DNA from: Chrysomallon squamiferum
Lineage: Eukaryota > Animalia > Mollusca
Assembly (NCBI GenBank): GCA_012295275.1
Contig: CM022673.1
Coordinates: 17,422,001 to 17,486,000, forward strand
DNA: 64,000 nt
Reading direction: 5' to 3'
Within the stretch, counting starts at the first letter, position 1. Each line of letters starts with the position of its first letter. The translations under genes and the position numbers were made by a program. The notes beneath the pieces are model-generated. The model had not been told where the DNA came from. It saw nothing but the letters and a program-made list of their open reading frames with translations, and made no database searches. Shown piece after piece: positions 12,377 to 59,937 of this stretch.

Positions 12377-13754
12377 CCTCTCTTAATAGCCATTTTTTTC
12401 ACTCTCTGATCTCTCGCTGTTTGTCGAGTAGAGATGTCTGCTGTGATTGGCAAGTTACGCTTCTTGCAAGTTTCTCCTCCGATTCTTGTACGACGCTGTC
12501 TAAATATCTGTACAGCCTCGGCTTGCAATACCTGTCCCGAGTTATGTAACTGTTTGGAAAGTGATTTCAGACAAATATGGGAGCGGAGAGCTCGGCCATT
12601 CTCAGTTGATGTTCATGTTTTATCGTTTGTTGGTTTTGTTTAGTCTTTTTTTTATGTGCATGTGTGTTTTGTTCCTTCGTCGCAGGAGAGTACTGTGAAT
12701 TATCGGCCTTGCGTAACTCTCTTTTTTTTTTTTTTTTTTCAACATCAGTACGCCACATGCGAAGGTCAATTTGAAAATGGCCGTGTTAGGGTAGTAACAG
12801 TCGAATGTAAAAGTTTTGTGAACTATTTCGTTTTTAAGTTAATTGGATGTTTGTGTTCGTGTTTTACAATAAATTCTAGTTACATTGCGAATGGAAAATT
12901 CAAAATTTTAACATTCAATTTAAGTTCTGTTTATTTAATTTTTAAAATGTTATTACTGGTTAAAGAATAACAGCATGCAGCTGCAATAAGAATACACAAC
13001 CACTTCTCCATCGGCGTCATCATCATCAGTAGCAACAACAGCAACAACGATAATGACAATAAGAAAAAGGAAATAAAAAGAAAAAAGAATGTCAGATAGA
13101 CAGATGATATTAAATAAATAAATAATCAAATGAATGAATGAGTAAGTCAAAAAGGCAGCACATTTTAAAACCTGTTTGCGCATTATACAACAGCTACAAA
13201 CCAAACTGTTTTACGTTCAAACTGAAATTCAGTCTTTTGAAACTTTTTTCAAACATTTTGGTTCACTTAGAAAATCAAAGCTTAGAAAACAAATAAAATC
13301 TATATTTCCCCTTTGGTAACAAAGGCGGATTTATTTCAACGATGACACATTAACCTACATCAAATACAGAACTGCACTAAAGTAAACCAGCGATTAGTTG
13401 TTACATGAAGAACGTAGTATGTTTGTTATTCTTTTTGCAAAGCCATAAATTTAACTTACTCATTTTATTCAGTTTTACATCCGTCTGTGAATTCTGTAAC
13501 ACTATCATCATCTCAAATATTCATTTTCTTTGTATTTATACAGTAACTCTGTGGTAACTTGCATACGTATTTTAATACATCGATGATAAATAGATGAAAA
13601 TGTTACTAGATTATAAGCGTAATTTTTATAAATAATAATAACAACGATAATAGAAATACCGACAACATAGCAGCAACAACAACAACAACAATAATAAAGA
13701 TATATTGTAGAGATAAGCAGATATAGATAAAAATATTTCATTTAAAACATATAC

Positions 13755-13756
<2 letters not shown>

Positions 13757-13789
<33 letters not shown>

Positions 13790-13803
13790 TATTATTATTA
13801 TTA

Positions 13804-13839
<36 letters not shown>

Positions 13840-13865
13840 TATCATTATTATAAATTATTATATTA
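13757..13865. repeat. (ATT)n microsatellite, imperfect
   Basis: Direct reading. Confidence 0.93.
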
Positions 13866-16567
13866 TCTTTTAAATGTCAATGTATTTTTCGTGAGTAGAA
13901 ACATTATGACATTAAAAAAAGTGGAGTATGATGCAAGTTAAATCAATAAAGAAATATTTGTGTTGGACAAAAAAAAATTAAATATCGATTATTGTAAAAA
14001 AAAAAAATCAATTTTCAAACAAAAGGTCAAAATTTAAGAAGAAATTATCGCTTGAAGCGGGCTTGTTGTGTGGTTCCGAGACTGGTATAAAACTCACTGG
14101 ATCTCAGAATCAGACCTCCTTAGTTGCCACTATCAAATTTTCAACCAGGCAAAGCATTCTTGGAAAATTTCAAATGAAAACATTCCGAACATGTTATTTG
14201 ACTATCGTAAATGTGTTTTGATGCAAAAGTTTATCGTACAAAACCAAATGTTTTTGAAAAATTTCAAATATTCCTTCCATCTACTGCAATTACAAGTGTG
14301 GTTTTAATTTTAAAGATTTCTTTTTCGATTAAAGAGTTTTTGAAGATTTTATAAAGTAAATATTTAGTTATTGTATTTACAAAATGAAGTCATTGAAACA
14401 TCAACAAGGCGGCAATATCTGATTTTCAGTGCACTCAATTTACTTTCAAGTTTTTCATTGGCGACAACGAATCGATTGTAAAGAGAGGGAGATCTTTCAT
14501 CTTTCAATTAAACACACTGATAAGCTTTTTCAAAGACACAATTGTTTTATTTTACCAAATGGTAGAATGGAGATTTTGTCAGTGTGAGAATTACGAAAGC
14601 AGCAAAGTCTGAACGAGTAACTCGGTGAACAAACGTCTCTTTGTGCTCACGTGCACGCCACAAACAGTCTCTTCACTCAGCGATGCCACGATTACGACGT
14701 AATTCCTGCGAAAACCACTTACCAACGTCGCGACCGAAACATCACGAACTCTCCAACTTCCGGAAACGGAGAGATAAGAGCACTCGATTTATCCGTGTCC
14801 CTGGTGAACGGGCAAACTGCTCTGGCGCTGGGAACAACCAAACATGGGCGCCTCGCTTCCGATAACGTCTCTGCGTAGACGCCACATTGTAAAATGTTTC
14901 AAGTGCATTAGAAAATTGTTTTTAATATATGTTAAATACGAATGAATAAATGTTTTTAGTTCATGCTTGTATGAATGTGTGTATGCGAGTGTAAGCATAT
15001 GCAGATATATCTTTATGTTTGTATATGTGTATCTGTGTATTTTTATGTGTGTACATGTGTATATATGTTTATATTATTAAATATGTGTGTACAAATGAAG
15101 GTATATGTGTGCATATGTACGTATGCGTATATGATAGTATATGTGAGCATATGTGTATGCATATATATGTGTGTGTGTGCGTGCACGTGCGTGTAAATGT
15201 GCAGTTAACTCTATTCGCCAATAATATAACCTTTCTGTTATCAACCATAGAAACATTAGAGTTTTTTTTTAAACCTTTCAGTCTTCAGTCAAGTAGTTAG
15301 TGAATAGCCTGTGAAGAAATGACGTATATGCCTTTATTTTGGAAAAAAATATAATGTGTTGACAAAAACTTGCTCATACTTTCCCTGCATTTACATTCAA
15401 AAAGCAGACATTAGAATAATTTAGTAAGTAAGATCATAGAAATATTTTATTTATTATTTCTATCGACGAAGTGACGTTACCGGTAAAACAAAAAAAATGA
15501 ACTGTTTCTGCACTTCTTCATGAATTATTCATGCAACTACAAAATTGACATATTTTATTATTAGCTGAGGTACGCGTTTACATTTTTAGTAATGAAAAGG
15601 TGACTGGAAAGAGAAGCAATGATAATAAAGTGATAAGGCGACGACGTCGAAGAAGAACAACAGCAGCTACAGCAGCAACAATAACAACAACAATAATAAA
15701 AGAATAATAATTATAATGAAAAATGTAATAATAATAATATGAAGAAGAAGAAGAAGAAAAAGAAGAAGAAGAAGAAGAAGAAAAAGAAGAAGAAGAAGAA
15801 CAACAACAACAACTACTACTACTAGTACTACAAACCGACATTAACAGCAACAATAAATACAACAGCAGCAACAGCACAAGAACCACAGAAAATATTAAAA
15901 TGCAATCTCTCTGCCTTAAAACAAAATAGACAATACAAAACAGAAATTTGAAAAAAAAAAAAAATTAATTAAAAAAAAAAGTTATTTAATATCTTTCAGA
16001 GATAATAATGTGAAGTTTTAATTTTCTGATGTAGATGACAAAACAACGTTTAAAATGTTACAGAACTTTTTCAAAACAAGTCTTCGTTGTTTTTCGGCTT
16101 TGTCGCCCGATGCCATTACAAAAAAATCCATTAGCGATTGTATCTTTCTTCTTCACAGACATAAACAAAATCAAAGTTGAAACAAACTCGGGTATGATAC
16201 CTTCCAACAAGCCATTAATGTCTTGCGGTCTTACCTTACTAATGGCGTTTAGCTTTTTGCGATAGTCTGTGAATGGCTTTTCAGTACGCAGAGAAAAAAT
16301 AAACTGCCTTGATAACCCTATTAAAAGCACTCAGCTCTAAGCCCCAAACTCATAAATATTGAATTTTTTTTTTTTTTTTATATACGAAACCCACCCACAG
16401 TGGAAAATTTTAAATAGTTGATTATTTTGTCCACTCCAAGTACGTCAATAGAGTATGAATCACAATTACCGTAAAACCTCGAATATTTACATTTACAGAT
16501 AATCGTGGTACCACCCTCAGTAGCACTATTGTTAAAATTGGCAACGCTTCTCGAAACAGATATAACA

Positions 16568-16572
<5 letters not shown>

Positions 16573-16636
<64 letters not shown>

Positions 16637-16916
16637 ACACACACACCACACACACACACACACACATCCACACGCACACACATCCACACGCACACACACA
16701 TGTTCATTTAAAGATGTAGATATATATGCACACATACATATACATACATACATACATACATACATATACAAACATACATACATACATGCATACATACATA
16801 CATACATACATACATGCACACATTCATACATAGACATACATACATATATACATACATACGTGCATACATACATACATAGACATACATACATACATAGACA
16901 TACATACATACATACA

Positions 16917-16948
<32 letters not shown>

Positions 16949-16996
16949 CATACATACATACATAGACATACATACATACATACATACATACATACA

Positions 16997-17030
<34 letters not shown>

Positions 17031-17100
17031 CATACATGCATATATACATACATAGACATACATACATACATATATACAGACAGACAGACAGACAGACACA
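16573..17100. repeat. Long compound (AC)n-(ACAT)n-(ACAG)n microsatellite
   Basis: Direct reading. It explains the MYVC and HTYI repeat ORFs in the track. Confidence 0.97.
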
Positions 17101-17799
17101 GATACAAACACATATCAGAGAATAAATCCCAGTCATTACATTACGAGGTATTATATAAAGTTCAGTATCGGAATTTCATCAAATTAACACCAGTTTTCTA
17201 TTCAGTCCATATCAATGACATCTTAAATCAGCGTCTAAACCAGATAATTGCGACAAACGTGTTCATACGGCACCTTATCGAGGAAGAACAATATGGTAAT
17301 CTGTGGTCATTAAGTCGTCAAAAGAAAAAATATTATTTCTGCTCATTTACGATTCTGATTTATCTTTTATTCCCCGCAGTCTAAGTACCTATACAGTCTG
17401 TGATGTCTTTGTCTTCCAGTGTGTGTACATAATTTATGACGTGTCAAAAGATGTCTACAGAACCTCTCTGCCTTGGTGTCTGCGGCTAGTTATGGATATG
17501 TTGTTAGTTAGTGGACTCAATCAGGCGTTATTCACGGTCCGCTTAATGACGGCTGTGACGTCACTGTGTCTGTGAATTAATGTGACAGAAGCAGACACAG
17601 GTTTAATTTGTGTTTGTTAAAGTCAATACACAGTTTAACATAGCCCGTTTTATTGTTGTTGTTTTTTTTATTTTTTATTTTTATTTTTTTTATTTCTTTA
17701 TTTATTATTATTATTATTTATTAATTTTCTATTTATTTTATTTTATATTATTTACTGTATCTCATTATATTCTCTTCTCAAACTTCTTTTTTCTTTGCT

Positions 17800-17850
<51 letters not shown>

Positions 17851-18957
17851 TCCTTCTTCCTTCCCGGATCCCGCTCTTTCCTTCTTTTTTCTTTTTTTTA
17901 TTCAATCTTTAGTCATCCTTCCATCCATCTCTCCTTCCATTTTTATTTCATTCCTTTTTTCCTTCTTTCATTATTAAGTTTTTCTTTTAAATATTATTCT
18001 GTATTGATTTCAACCCGAACATTTTTTTATTCTTTCTTTTATCTCCACATTGATTATCATTCGCTATTTTCCTTCTAATGACAAATTCTTCTTTTCCTTT
18101 TCTTTCTTTCTTATTTCTTCTTCTTCCTTTTTGTTTTAGAAACAGGAAGAAGGAAGATATTTTTTTCATTTTTTTTTGGTAGCTGGAATTCTTTTGTTGA
18201 TTCGATTCGCTGAAGAAAACATTTCTTTTTTTATTTACATTTTTTCTTCTTTTTTCTTTTTCTTTTCCTTCATCCTCTCTTTTTCTTCCTTACTTTCTTC
18301 AAAACATTTGTTTTTCTTTTTTTACTTTTTATCAGTTAAATATCCAAACTTTTATTTTCATTATTTCTTTTTTCTTTCTTTCTTCCTTCCTTCCTTCCTT
18401 CTTTTTTTCATTGCTTATTTTTATTTACTTTTGTTTGTCTTATGGTATTAAAAATGAAAAAAAAAAAAAAAAAAAAAAATTGAACATCCCAACCCCCGAA
18501 AAAAAAAGAAAAAAAAAAGAATCCTACCTAATTACTTACACAAACAATTCATTTAATATAAACCACATTAATTTTTTTTTAAATCTGTTTATTCTGAGAT
18601 TATCTTAGAATTCGCAGGCAAACTGGTCTGAACTTGCGTTTCAAAGGGACGTAATTACTCCGTCAGTCACGCGCCGGTGTTTCCAAATCAGCGCAGATTA
18701 AGCACTATTTAATTACGTAAGCGGCGACAGGTTGTGAAGTTTGTTTCGTTGTGCAGACACGGAGACCCCCAAGAAGGGCTATTCTGGGTGACAAATGGGC
18801 GAGGCACTCGATCTAGACACGAAGGAATGTATAGATATTTATCAGGTTTTAAACTGCGATAGAAAATATCCTTGTGTTGACGTTTGTAGTTCTGAACACA
18901 GCTGATGTCTTTTTTAGAGAAACCCGAGTAGACGTGGGGGACGGGAATCATTCAGAA

Positions 18958-18997
<40 letters not shown>

Positions 18998-19145
18998 CTC
19001 AGAATAAAAATTAAAAAAAGACTAATAATCGGCTTAACCGTATCAGTAGCGATTGTTTTATTGAGTAATAGATAAAAAAGAGAGAATAAACAAATAAATT
19101 AATGAGATAAGTAACAAGATTATTATCATTAATTATTTGATTATT

Positions 19146-19262
19146 TATTTTATTTTATTTTATTTTATTTTATTTTATTTTATTTTATTTTATTTTATTT
19201 TATTTTATTTTATTTTATTTTATTTTATTTTATTTTATTTTATTTTATTTTATTTTATTTTA
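19146..19262. repeat. (ATTTT)n pentanucleotide microsatellite
   Basis: Direct reading. Confidence 0.97.
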
Positions 19263-19274
19263 TTAAGTTATTAT

Positions 19275-19306
<32 letters not shown>

Positions 19307-20280
19307 CTTTGTTGTTGTTTTGGGTTTTTTTTAGACTTATTTATTTATTTATTATATTACTTTTATTATTTTAATTTGATTTAGCTGACTAATACCTAAA
19401 ATTTTCTATCGTCAGTCTTATTACTAAGATTTAAGTTAAATTATTACATTTTTTAACTACATTGCTTAATGATTTAATAAAAGTCAAAAGAAATTGTCTG
19501 GAAATGTTGACTTTTAAATTTAAAATTCAACAACATCCTTATGGCTCTCCATGTAACAGTGGATTTCTCTAGCCTATGCTCAGGAACCACACACGCACGC
19601 ACACGCCCGCCTTTCTGCACGCACAGTTACACACGCACGTACATACACACATGCACACACACGTTCTCATATATATACACACACGCGTTATAAATCTTCT
19701 CTATCTTCACTTTGTTAATAGCGAGTCACAGTTATTTAACTTAGTGAAAACTGCATAAACATTTTAGCTGAACGACTTGCGGAAGTTTATTTTACTGTTT
19801 GTGCATATGTGTCATGCTTCTGCATTATTCTCTAACTGCGCGACCAAAGTTTACATTTGCTTATCGAAAAGAGGAAACGCAGAGTGATTTGACGTGACCT
19901 AATACAATTTATTATGCACTCGCCCTGTCTGAGAAAATATCTTTAAAAATAAAATTAAAAATAATTATATTTCAGGAACGAGAGAAAAGGCCTACGTTCC
20001 GCCTAATTAACGCGTTTTCCTTGTTGCTGAAAAGTATTTTTTAAACTTTTTATAACGTATTTTTCTGTCTGTTTTTTAGGTTATACATTTGTTTCTGCCT
20101 CCATCATTTATGCCAACCGCGTATACCTTTTATTATATTTTACCTATGCAGTTTCAGTGTTTAATTATTACTTTTTTTTTTCCAAATCCAGAAATATAAT
20201 TATTATATTAATATAATATAACCTAAAAAAAAAATAATATAAATGAAAAAAAAAATAATAATAATAAAAATAATAACAAT

Positions 20281-20318
<38 letters not shown>

Positions 20319-21457
20319 ACAAACAAATAATAACACGTACATCGTTTTGACACAAGTGAATAAATTCACGATGAGCACACGAACGAACTGACAGACAGAA
20401 TAATACGAAAAAAAGAAGGTCAGAAAGAACTGATGGACAGAAGGATGTATAAACAGTTGCAGACCCATTCATATAGTCAGGCAGACACATCAGCTGAACG
20501 GACGAACTTCAAGGTGATAAAATTCATTAGTGAACGGTTCTTTGAAGTTAGTAGATTCTGTTATCGATTGGTAGTACCTTTTATTGTCAGATTCAGACGA
20601 AGATAAAAAAAGCTTTTCCTGGCTTATCCTTCCTAACACTGAACCGTATTCTAAACCTTGCTTCGTGGGCAGGATTATCTGCAGACAAACAGATTTGACT
20701 TACGTTTAATTGACAACGTAGATCACCTAGTTTACGTCTGTTTTCCAACATAGTCGTAACTGTCTGATCTTGAGGCTGTCGCTGCTTTGTTGTTTGAGAA
20801 GAAAAAATCAGTGAAGAAAGGAAGAAAGGATCGAAGGAGTGAAAGAAAACGTCTAAATCAGTTATATGTATATAAACATATTTAATATAAATTACATTTA
20901 ATAAATAAATAAATAAGTAAAAATAAAAAATAATAAAAAAAAAAAAAAATAATAATAAAAATAAAAATCTTCTGTAATGAAGATAATGATGATAATATTA
21001 ATAATAAAAAAAAGAAAGGACAAATTTTTTTTTATGATACATTGTCATTATTTTATTTCGTTTTATGTTTTATTTTAATTTTATTTATTTATTTTTTTTT
21101 TTTTTTTTTGTATTTTTTAAAATTATTTTTGTCTTTTTTTATTATTATTATTATTTTTATTTTATTTTATTTAATGAGTAATAATAATAATGAAATATCG
21201 AGAGAATAAAAGTATTACTGATTTAAAGATTATATAATTCAGTTTAAAATAATACGGAATATAAATAATAATTTTAAAAATAGTATGCTCTTCGTGTCAT
21301 GCCAGTAGACACAAACATAAAGCTTAAAGAGGTATATGCATGTATAAACAGGAAAGAAAGACAGATAGAGAGAAAAAAAAAATAATAACAATACAAAAGC
21401 AAAAAAAACTTTCACAGTTTATTTATTTAGTTTTACTGAAAATAAAAACAATATTTC

Positions 21458-21488
<31 letters not shown>

Positions 21489-21699
21489 AACTAAATAATA
21501 TATCAAAACTAATCTTTAAACTTTCGAAAATTAAATAAAGAGTAAAGAATTAAAGCAGTAATTAAAAAACCCATGTATACATATCATAAATAAGTTCATC
21601 ACTCTGAGAGAAAAAAAAAATTCATTAAGCGAAGAGGAAAGAAAAAAAAAAGAGGAAAGGTGTAAAAGAAACTGGTGATGTTGAAAACGAGTTGTAAAT

Positions 21700-22373
21700 A
21701 TTTTTACACGCTTTGGGACCGCGGTGAGATCGAGGCTGCTGCTTTGAAGGGTCGCTCCTTCACTCGAGCCCTGTTGCTGTAACAGAACTGAGGATTTGCA
21801 CATACGAACACAAGTATTCATTGCCAAACAGTACGAGTCGTTTTAATCGTTCAGCGATCAGCACATGAACAAGGGGCTAAAATCAAGCGGGCATTTCGTT
21901 GACAGTAGACTTCGAGATACCAGCGTACTGCCCGTCTTAGTGGCGCCGAATCGCACACAATTGTTAATAAGCGTTGGAGTTATCGCCCCGCCTCTAGCTC
22001 CACCCACCGCGTATCACTGACCATAGAAAATGTGCCGTGTCTTAGCAGGGTGCGAGCGTATGATCTGATAACATTGTAGGTCGCCCAAACTCAGAAAGAC
22101 TGGCATGGCCCCGCCAGGAACTCGGCATTCACTGTGGCGACAGCAGGAATAAGTGTAGCTGAATATGTTATGCTGTCGGATTTAGTTGTGTTATGAAGCG
22201 TGGAGATCTAGGTAGACACTGCAAATGTCGGTTGTTCACTTCGTGGCGCTCCACTGTAGGTGGAACATTGGGTCGTCTGCTTGTCCAAACTGAAGGAGTA
22301 GTAGTAGTAGTAACAACAACAACAAAAGACAGTAGTGCTGTCTACCCGTATATACTGCCTGTTTGGCAGTGAT
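21700..22373 (+). promoter_or_regulatory. Putative BAMBI proximal promoter and 5' UTR (CpG-rich)
   Basis: CpG-rich block directly upstream of the ATG. It contains a TCF/LEF-like CTTTGAAG (21742-21749), a Smad1/5-type TGGCGCC (21941-21947), a GC box GCCCCGCCTC (21985-21994) and a CACCC box near 22000. The TSS cannot be determined. Confidence 0.55.
22193..22372 (+). other. Candidate upstream ORF (59 aa) ending 1 nt before the BAMBI ATG
   Basis: ATG at 22193 reads open to TGA at 22370-22372, followed by T and the main ATG. It is a uORF only if transcription starts upstream of 22193. Confidence 0.4.
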
Positions 22374-55581
<33,208 letters not shown>

Positions 55582-56700
55582 CAGTGGTAATGTCCGCAAG
55601 GACATAGTGCTGACTTTAATATTCAGGGTGATCTTCATCGTGTTCTACGAAAATTTGCGAGAGGACATTAAAAAAAACAATATACGTCCTTAATCACCTG
55701 TATGACTCGGTTAACAGCAGGACATCAGAACGAAAGTGTGCGTGAAAGGATAGTGTGAACGTGCGTGTGTTATCATCTGAGGCTGATGTTCTTGGTGATG
55801 TATATACGTTCATCAGAGTCAAAACAACAAGAGATCATCAAAGACTGAAACTGAAATCATCTTTCACACATAAACTCAGTGTAGAAAAAAACTAAATCAA
55901 AATAACTTTGTGAATAATATGGTTTTCAGTCACTTGTGATATACTGAAATATAGTGAAAAGACAGAATGATGGCGAGCGTCAGTGTGTGATGTGCCTGCG
56001 AGATCTCTGAAAGCAAATTATCTACATATTTTTGACGGTGCATCTTCATTCGAGGCTAAAGACAAATCAAAAATACTTACAACATTTCTTTTTGAGTGAA
56101 ATTTCGCAAGAATATCGAGTTAATTTTTTCTTTTTGGTATGAATGCAAGCGTCTGTGTGTCTATGCGTGTCTATGCGCTTTTGTCTGTTAACAATTAACA
56201 TATTGACAGTATCTTTTCACTCGTTAGTGAGATTACTTGATAATATATAAATATATCTGAATGAATGGGATTATTGCCTTGTTATAAGTGTTCATTTTCT
56301 TCAAGAGGATTAATCTGTTAAATGTTTTATTATTTGACATATATGTATAAACATTAAGCAAAGAAATCAATGGTTGTGATAATATATTTAAAATACGTAG
56401 GAGAAATCTGGCAAAAAAAATAATAATAATAATTATAAAATAATATGTTTATAGTAAGTTATTTTGACATCATAGACTTAATATCATCATCATGTAAGGC
56501 AAAAGAATAATGGCAAATTTTAGGTTCTGAAATTCAAACATAGAAACTAGAGAGCATAGTGCTGTAATACAAATGTAGTAAGATATTTGAAACGTGTAGT
56601 TTAACATTTATAAAATACAGACCTGTTCATAACTTAACTGCTTTCGCCAATAATCTTTGATAAAATTTGACGTCTTTCATTTTACATATTACTAACATAA

Positions 56701-56706
56701 AATAAA
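56701..56706 (+). other. Candidate polyadenylation signal for BAMBI (would give a 3' UTR of about 1.1 kb)
   Basis: First AATAAA I noticed downstream of the stop, followed by T-rich sequence. The AT-rich background makes this weak evidence. Confidence 0.25.
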
Positions 56707-57212
56707 AAAAATTATTTTGTTTTTCATTTGGCAAGTTTTAATTTTCTTTGTACAGTAACAGTTCAAACAGCTGCTTCGCTAGAATATGTTTGTTTGTGTG
56801 AGTGTGTGCATGTATATGCATGTGTGTACGTACATGCGTGTGTGAGTATATGCTTTCTTCTTGACATACATTGTGATGATGTACCCTATGTGTTCTCGGT
56901 GTAAAAACACAACACGTATGAATGAGAAACCAACTACTGGATGTTTATATATTTGTTAATGTCTTTGAATGTTTCGGTCATTATTTTATACAAATGACTT
57001 ATTTATTGATGTAAAAATAAACCAGGCAAAGCCTGCTTACATGTTTATTCTCGTCGTTTTGGCTTGCATTTATTCTTGTATGTTTTATTATTTCACTAAT
57101 GTATACATCTACTCGCACATATTCATATATTCATACATACACAGACATACAGACAGCAGACAGAGACGTACGTACATATTTTTAATTACGGTTTTGTGGT
57201 CCATTCAACAAT

Positions 57213-57261
<49 letters not shown>

Positions 57262-57517
57262 TACACCCATACACGCACAAACACATATTTACATATATAC
57301 ATGTATAAAGATACACATACACGTATACTGCACAGTCATATTAACAATCGAACCGAGAAAACTGACGGCCATTAACGTCTGTAATTTTGAGGTTAAAATG
57401 GTGTTTATACTCCTCTATGGCATGTTTGTAAACCGAGATCTGTTTCTGAGAGGATTTTTTTTATTTTTTATTCCATTCTCTAAATCATTTATAAATTTGT
57501 ATTAGAAATCTTATTCG

Positions 57518-58640
57518 CCATTCAAATTATTTACCTTTACAACATAATTTTATCAGAATATCTAAAACATATCATTTCTCTTCCAGGTTCATTGAATTGT
57601 TTAATAAAAATATCCCTGTCAATATGAGTTCGTTGTGGTACTGAAAAAGTATTTTCGTATAAAGAAATTTATCAAAATCTTTGAGTTTACGATCTAATCC
57701 TATCAGAATACAACACATGAAGAACTCCCGGAGTCTCCTGGTATATTAAAATGTTTCTTTGTAAATAGTGAATCTACTGAGATTCTTTCTTCTACTGTTT
57801 AGATGTATTCCAATATTATAAACATATCTCTGTGGGGGAAAAAATAACAAGGCAACAACAAATACAACAAAAAAACAACAGAAAAAAACAAAACAACAAC
57901 TGCGAATTCATTAAATTCATTATATTTACGATCTAATTCTACCAGAATATCAAAAATGTATCACAGCCAAATCTTCTACAGTATTAAAAACATAATTCTA
58001 CACAAAGACCATTCAAATTCTTTAGGTTTTCATCTGATTCTATCTGAATATCATAAACGTATTATCGTATTGCCAAATCAAGTGGAATATTAAAAACGTA
58101 ATCCTATACATATCGAGTCCTCTTTATCTTTTAATTATAAGAGAACACCAGAAACATAGTACCAAATCATCTGGAATATTTATAAAGGTATCTTTGAACA
58201 CTAATTCTATGAGAATATTAAAAAAAAACATCTCTTTAATATTTTATTTCTAAACACAACCTAAATACATCGAGAGGTTGTCAGCGATCTAACCTGATCT
58301 AACATTAATATCGTTTCTGCTTACGATCTAGTTCCAAGATCCAACAATGACCACACCTCACTCAGTGAACAGCTAATATCCAATAAATTTGTAGTAACTC
58401 TGTCCCCGATTTGATTGCGTAAGAACTTTGAAAGTAACAATGTACAGACGCAGTCTGTTGCTAATTTTTAAATCCTTTGTAAGATCAAATTCTCTAGGAA
58501 CATTTATTAAAACGTATTCAAGGAGAATGTTAATACATGCATGAATATTAGAAATATATTACTATACAAAGTCCATGTGGGATATTAAAATCATTTCTCG
58601 GTTCAACCCAAATGTATAAGAGAATTAAAAAGTAATTCCT
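57518..58640. repeat. Highly degenerate satellite-like repeat region
   Basis: A TTTACGATCTAATTCTATCAGAATAT-like motif recurs at about 57536, 57686, 57925, 58027, 58195, 58321 and 58480, interleaved with a CCAAATC..GAATATTAAAAACGTA-like motif. Confidence 0.6.
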
Positions 58641-59937
58641 TTAGGAGCTAAAATTGTTTTTCTCAAAGATCTCGAGTGTGCTGAATTGTAATAGTGGCTC
58701 TGTATGAGTTATGTCTGGTACAAGTGTAGAGTTGCATGATGCAGTTTAATTCGAATCAAATTCAGTATTAAACTAAAACGATGTTTTTGTAATGTTAAAG
58801 AGAAGATTAAATTCATATACAGACACTGGGGATTCATTAAATTTGTTTTTGTATAATGTAAAAAAACAAAAACATTATTAAAATGTTTCAGTTCGTGTTT
58901 CTGTACAAAAAACAAACAAACAAAAACAGCACGCCCTCAGAAAAAATAAATAAATAAATCAATGAAACAAAACAAAACAAAACAAAACAAACAAAAGACA
59001 CGTATTTACCAGTTAAATAACACAAACAATTTTGTTTTATTTTGTTTTCCATTATTTTTTATTCATTCATTTGATAAACATATTTCCAAATTTTATTCTT
59101 TTCTCGCCCACTTTTCCTTTTCTTTCTTTCTCTCTTTCCTTTTTTCTTTTTTTTGTCTGTCTTTTAATCTGTATATATCAGATAAAAAAATAAACAATAA
59201 GAATAAAAAAGCCCATTAACCTTTTTCCAAATTTAATTTAATTTTCTTTTCATGTTTATTATTTCTTTTGTTATTATTATTATTATTTTTTTTTGTATTT
59301 ATTTATTTATTTATTTATTTATTTGATGATTTTATTTTTCTGCTTTTCATTCAGAATTACGACTAAATGTTTCCTTCATTTAAATTTTATTGTGTCTCCA
59401 TTCTTCTTTCGACTTAAGCTGGGACTTACATAAGATCTCAAAGGCGTATCTAGAAATACACAAAGAGGTGATTCATCATGACACAAATCTAACATTAAAA
59501 ATAAGAACATCACACAGTAAAAATAGGTGTGACAAGCATCTCAAAATATTTCTATTTCTGAATAACATTATAATAAATTTAAAAAGTCAGTTTTCATTCA
59601 TTCTTGTCTTTAAAAAAAGAAAAAAGAAACAAAATTTGAAATTCTTATTGCTGTAAATCACTAAGTTAAAAGAAAGTATGACAAAATCTATATAAAAACA
59701 AAGTGTGTTTGTGCTCAGCACTATTGCACATGAATAGAAAAATATAATAATATATATATATATATATATATATAAATACAACAGAACGTAAAGAAATTCT
59801 GGCTTTTATTTTACAGGTATACAAATATACGACATCAACACATTGTATTATTACTATAGTTTTTATTTTTGTTATTACAATTAATTAATTTATTTATTAT
59901 TATTATTATTTTATATATATATATCAAATTGTTTCAT

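Noticed and set aside
57518-58640. Repeat-spacer appearance suggesting a CRISPR-like array
   Set aside because: The repeats are highly degenerate and irregularly spaced, the spacers are themselves related, there are no cas genes, and the context is eukaryotic.
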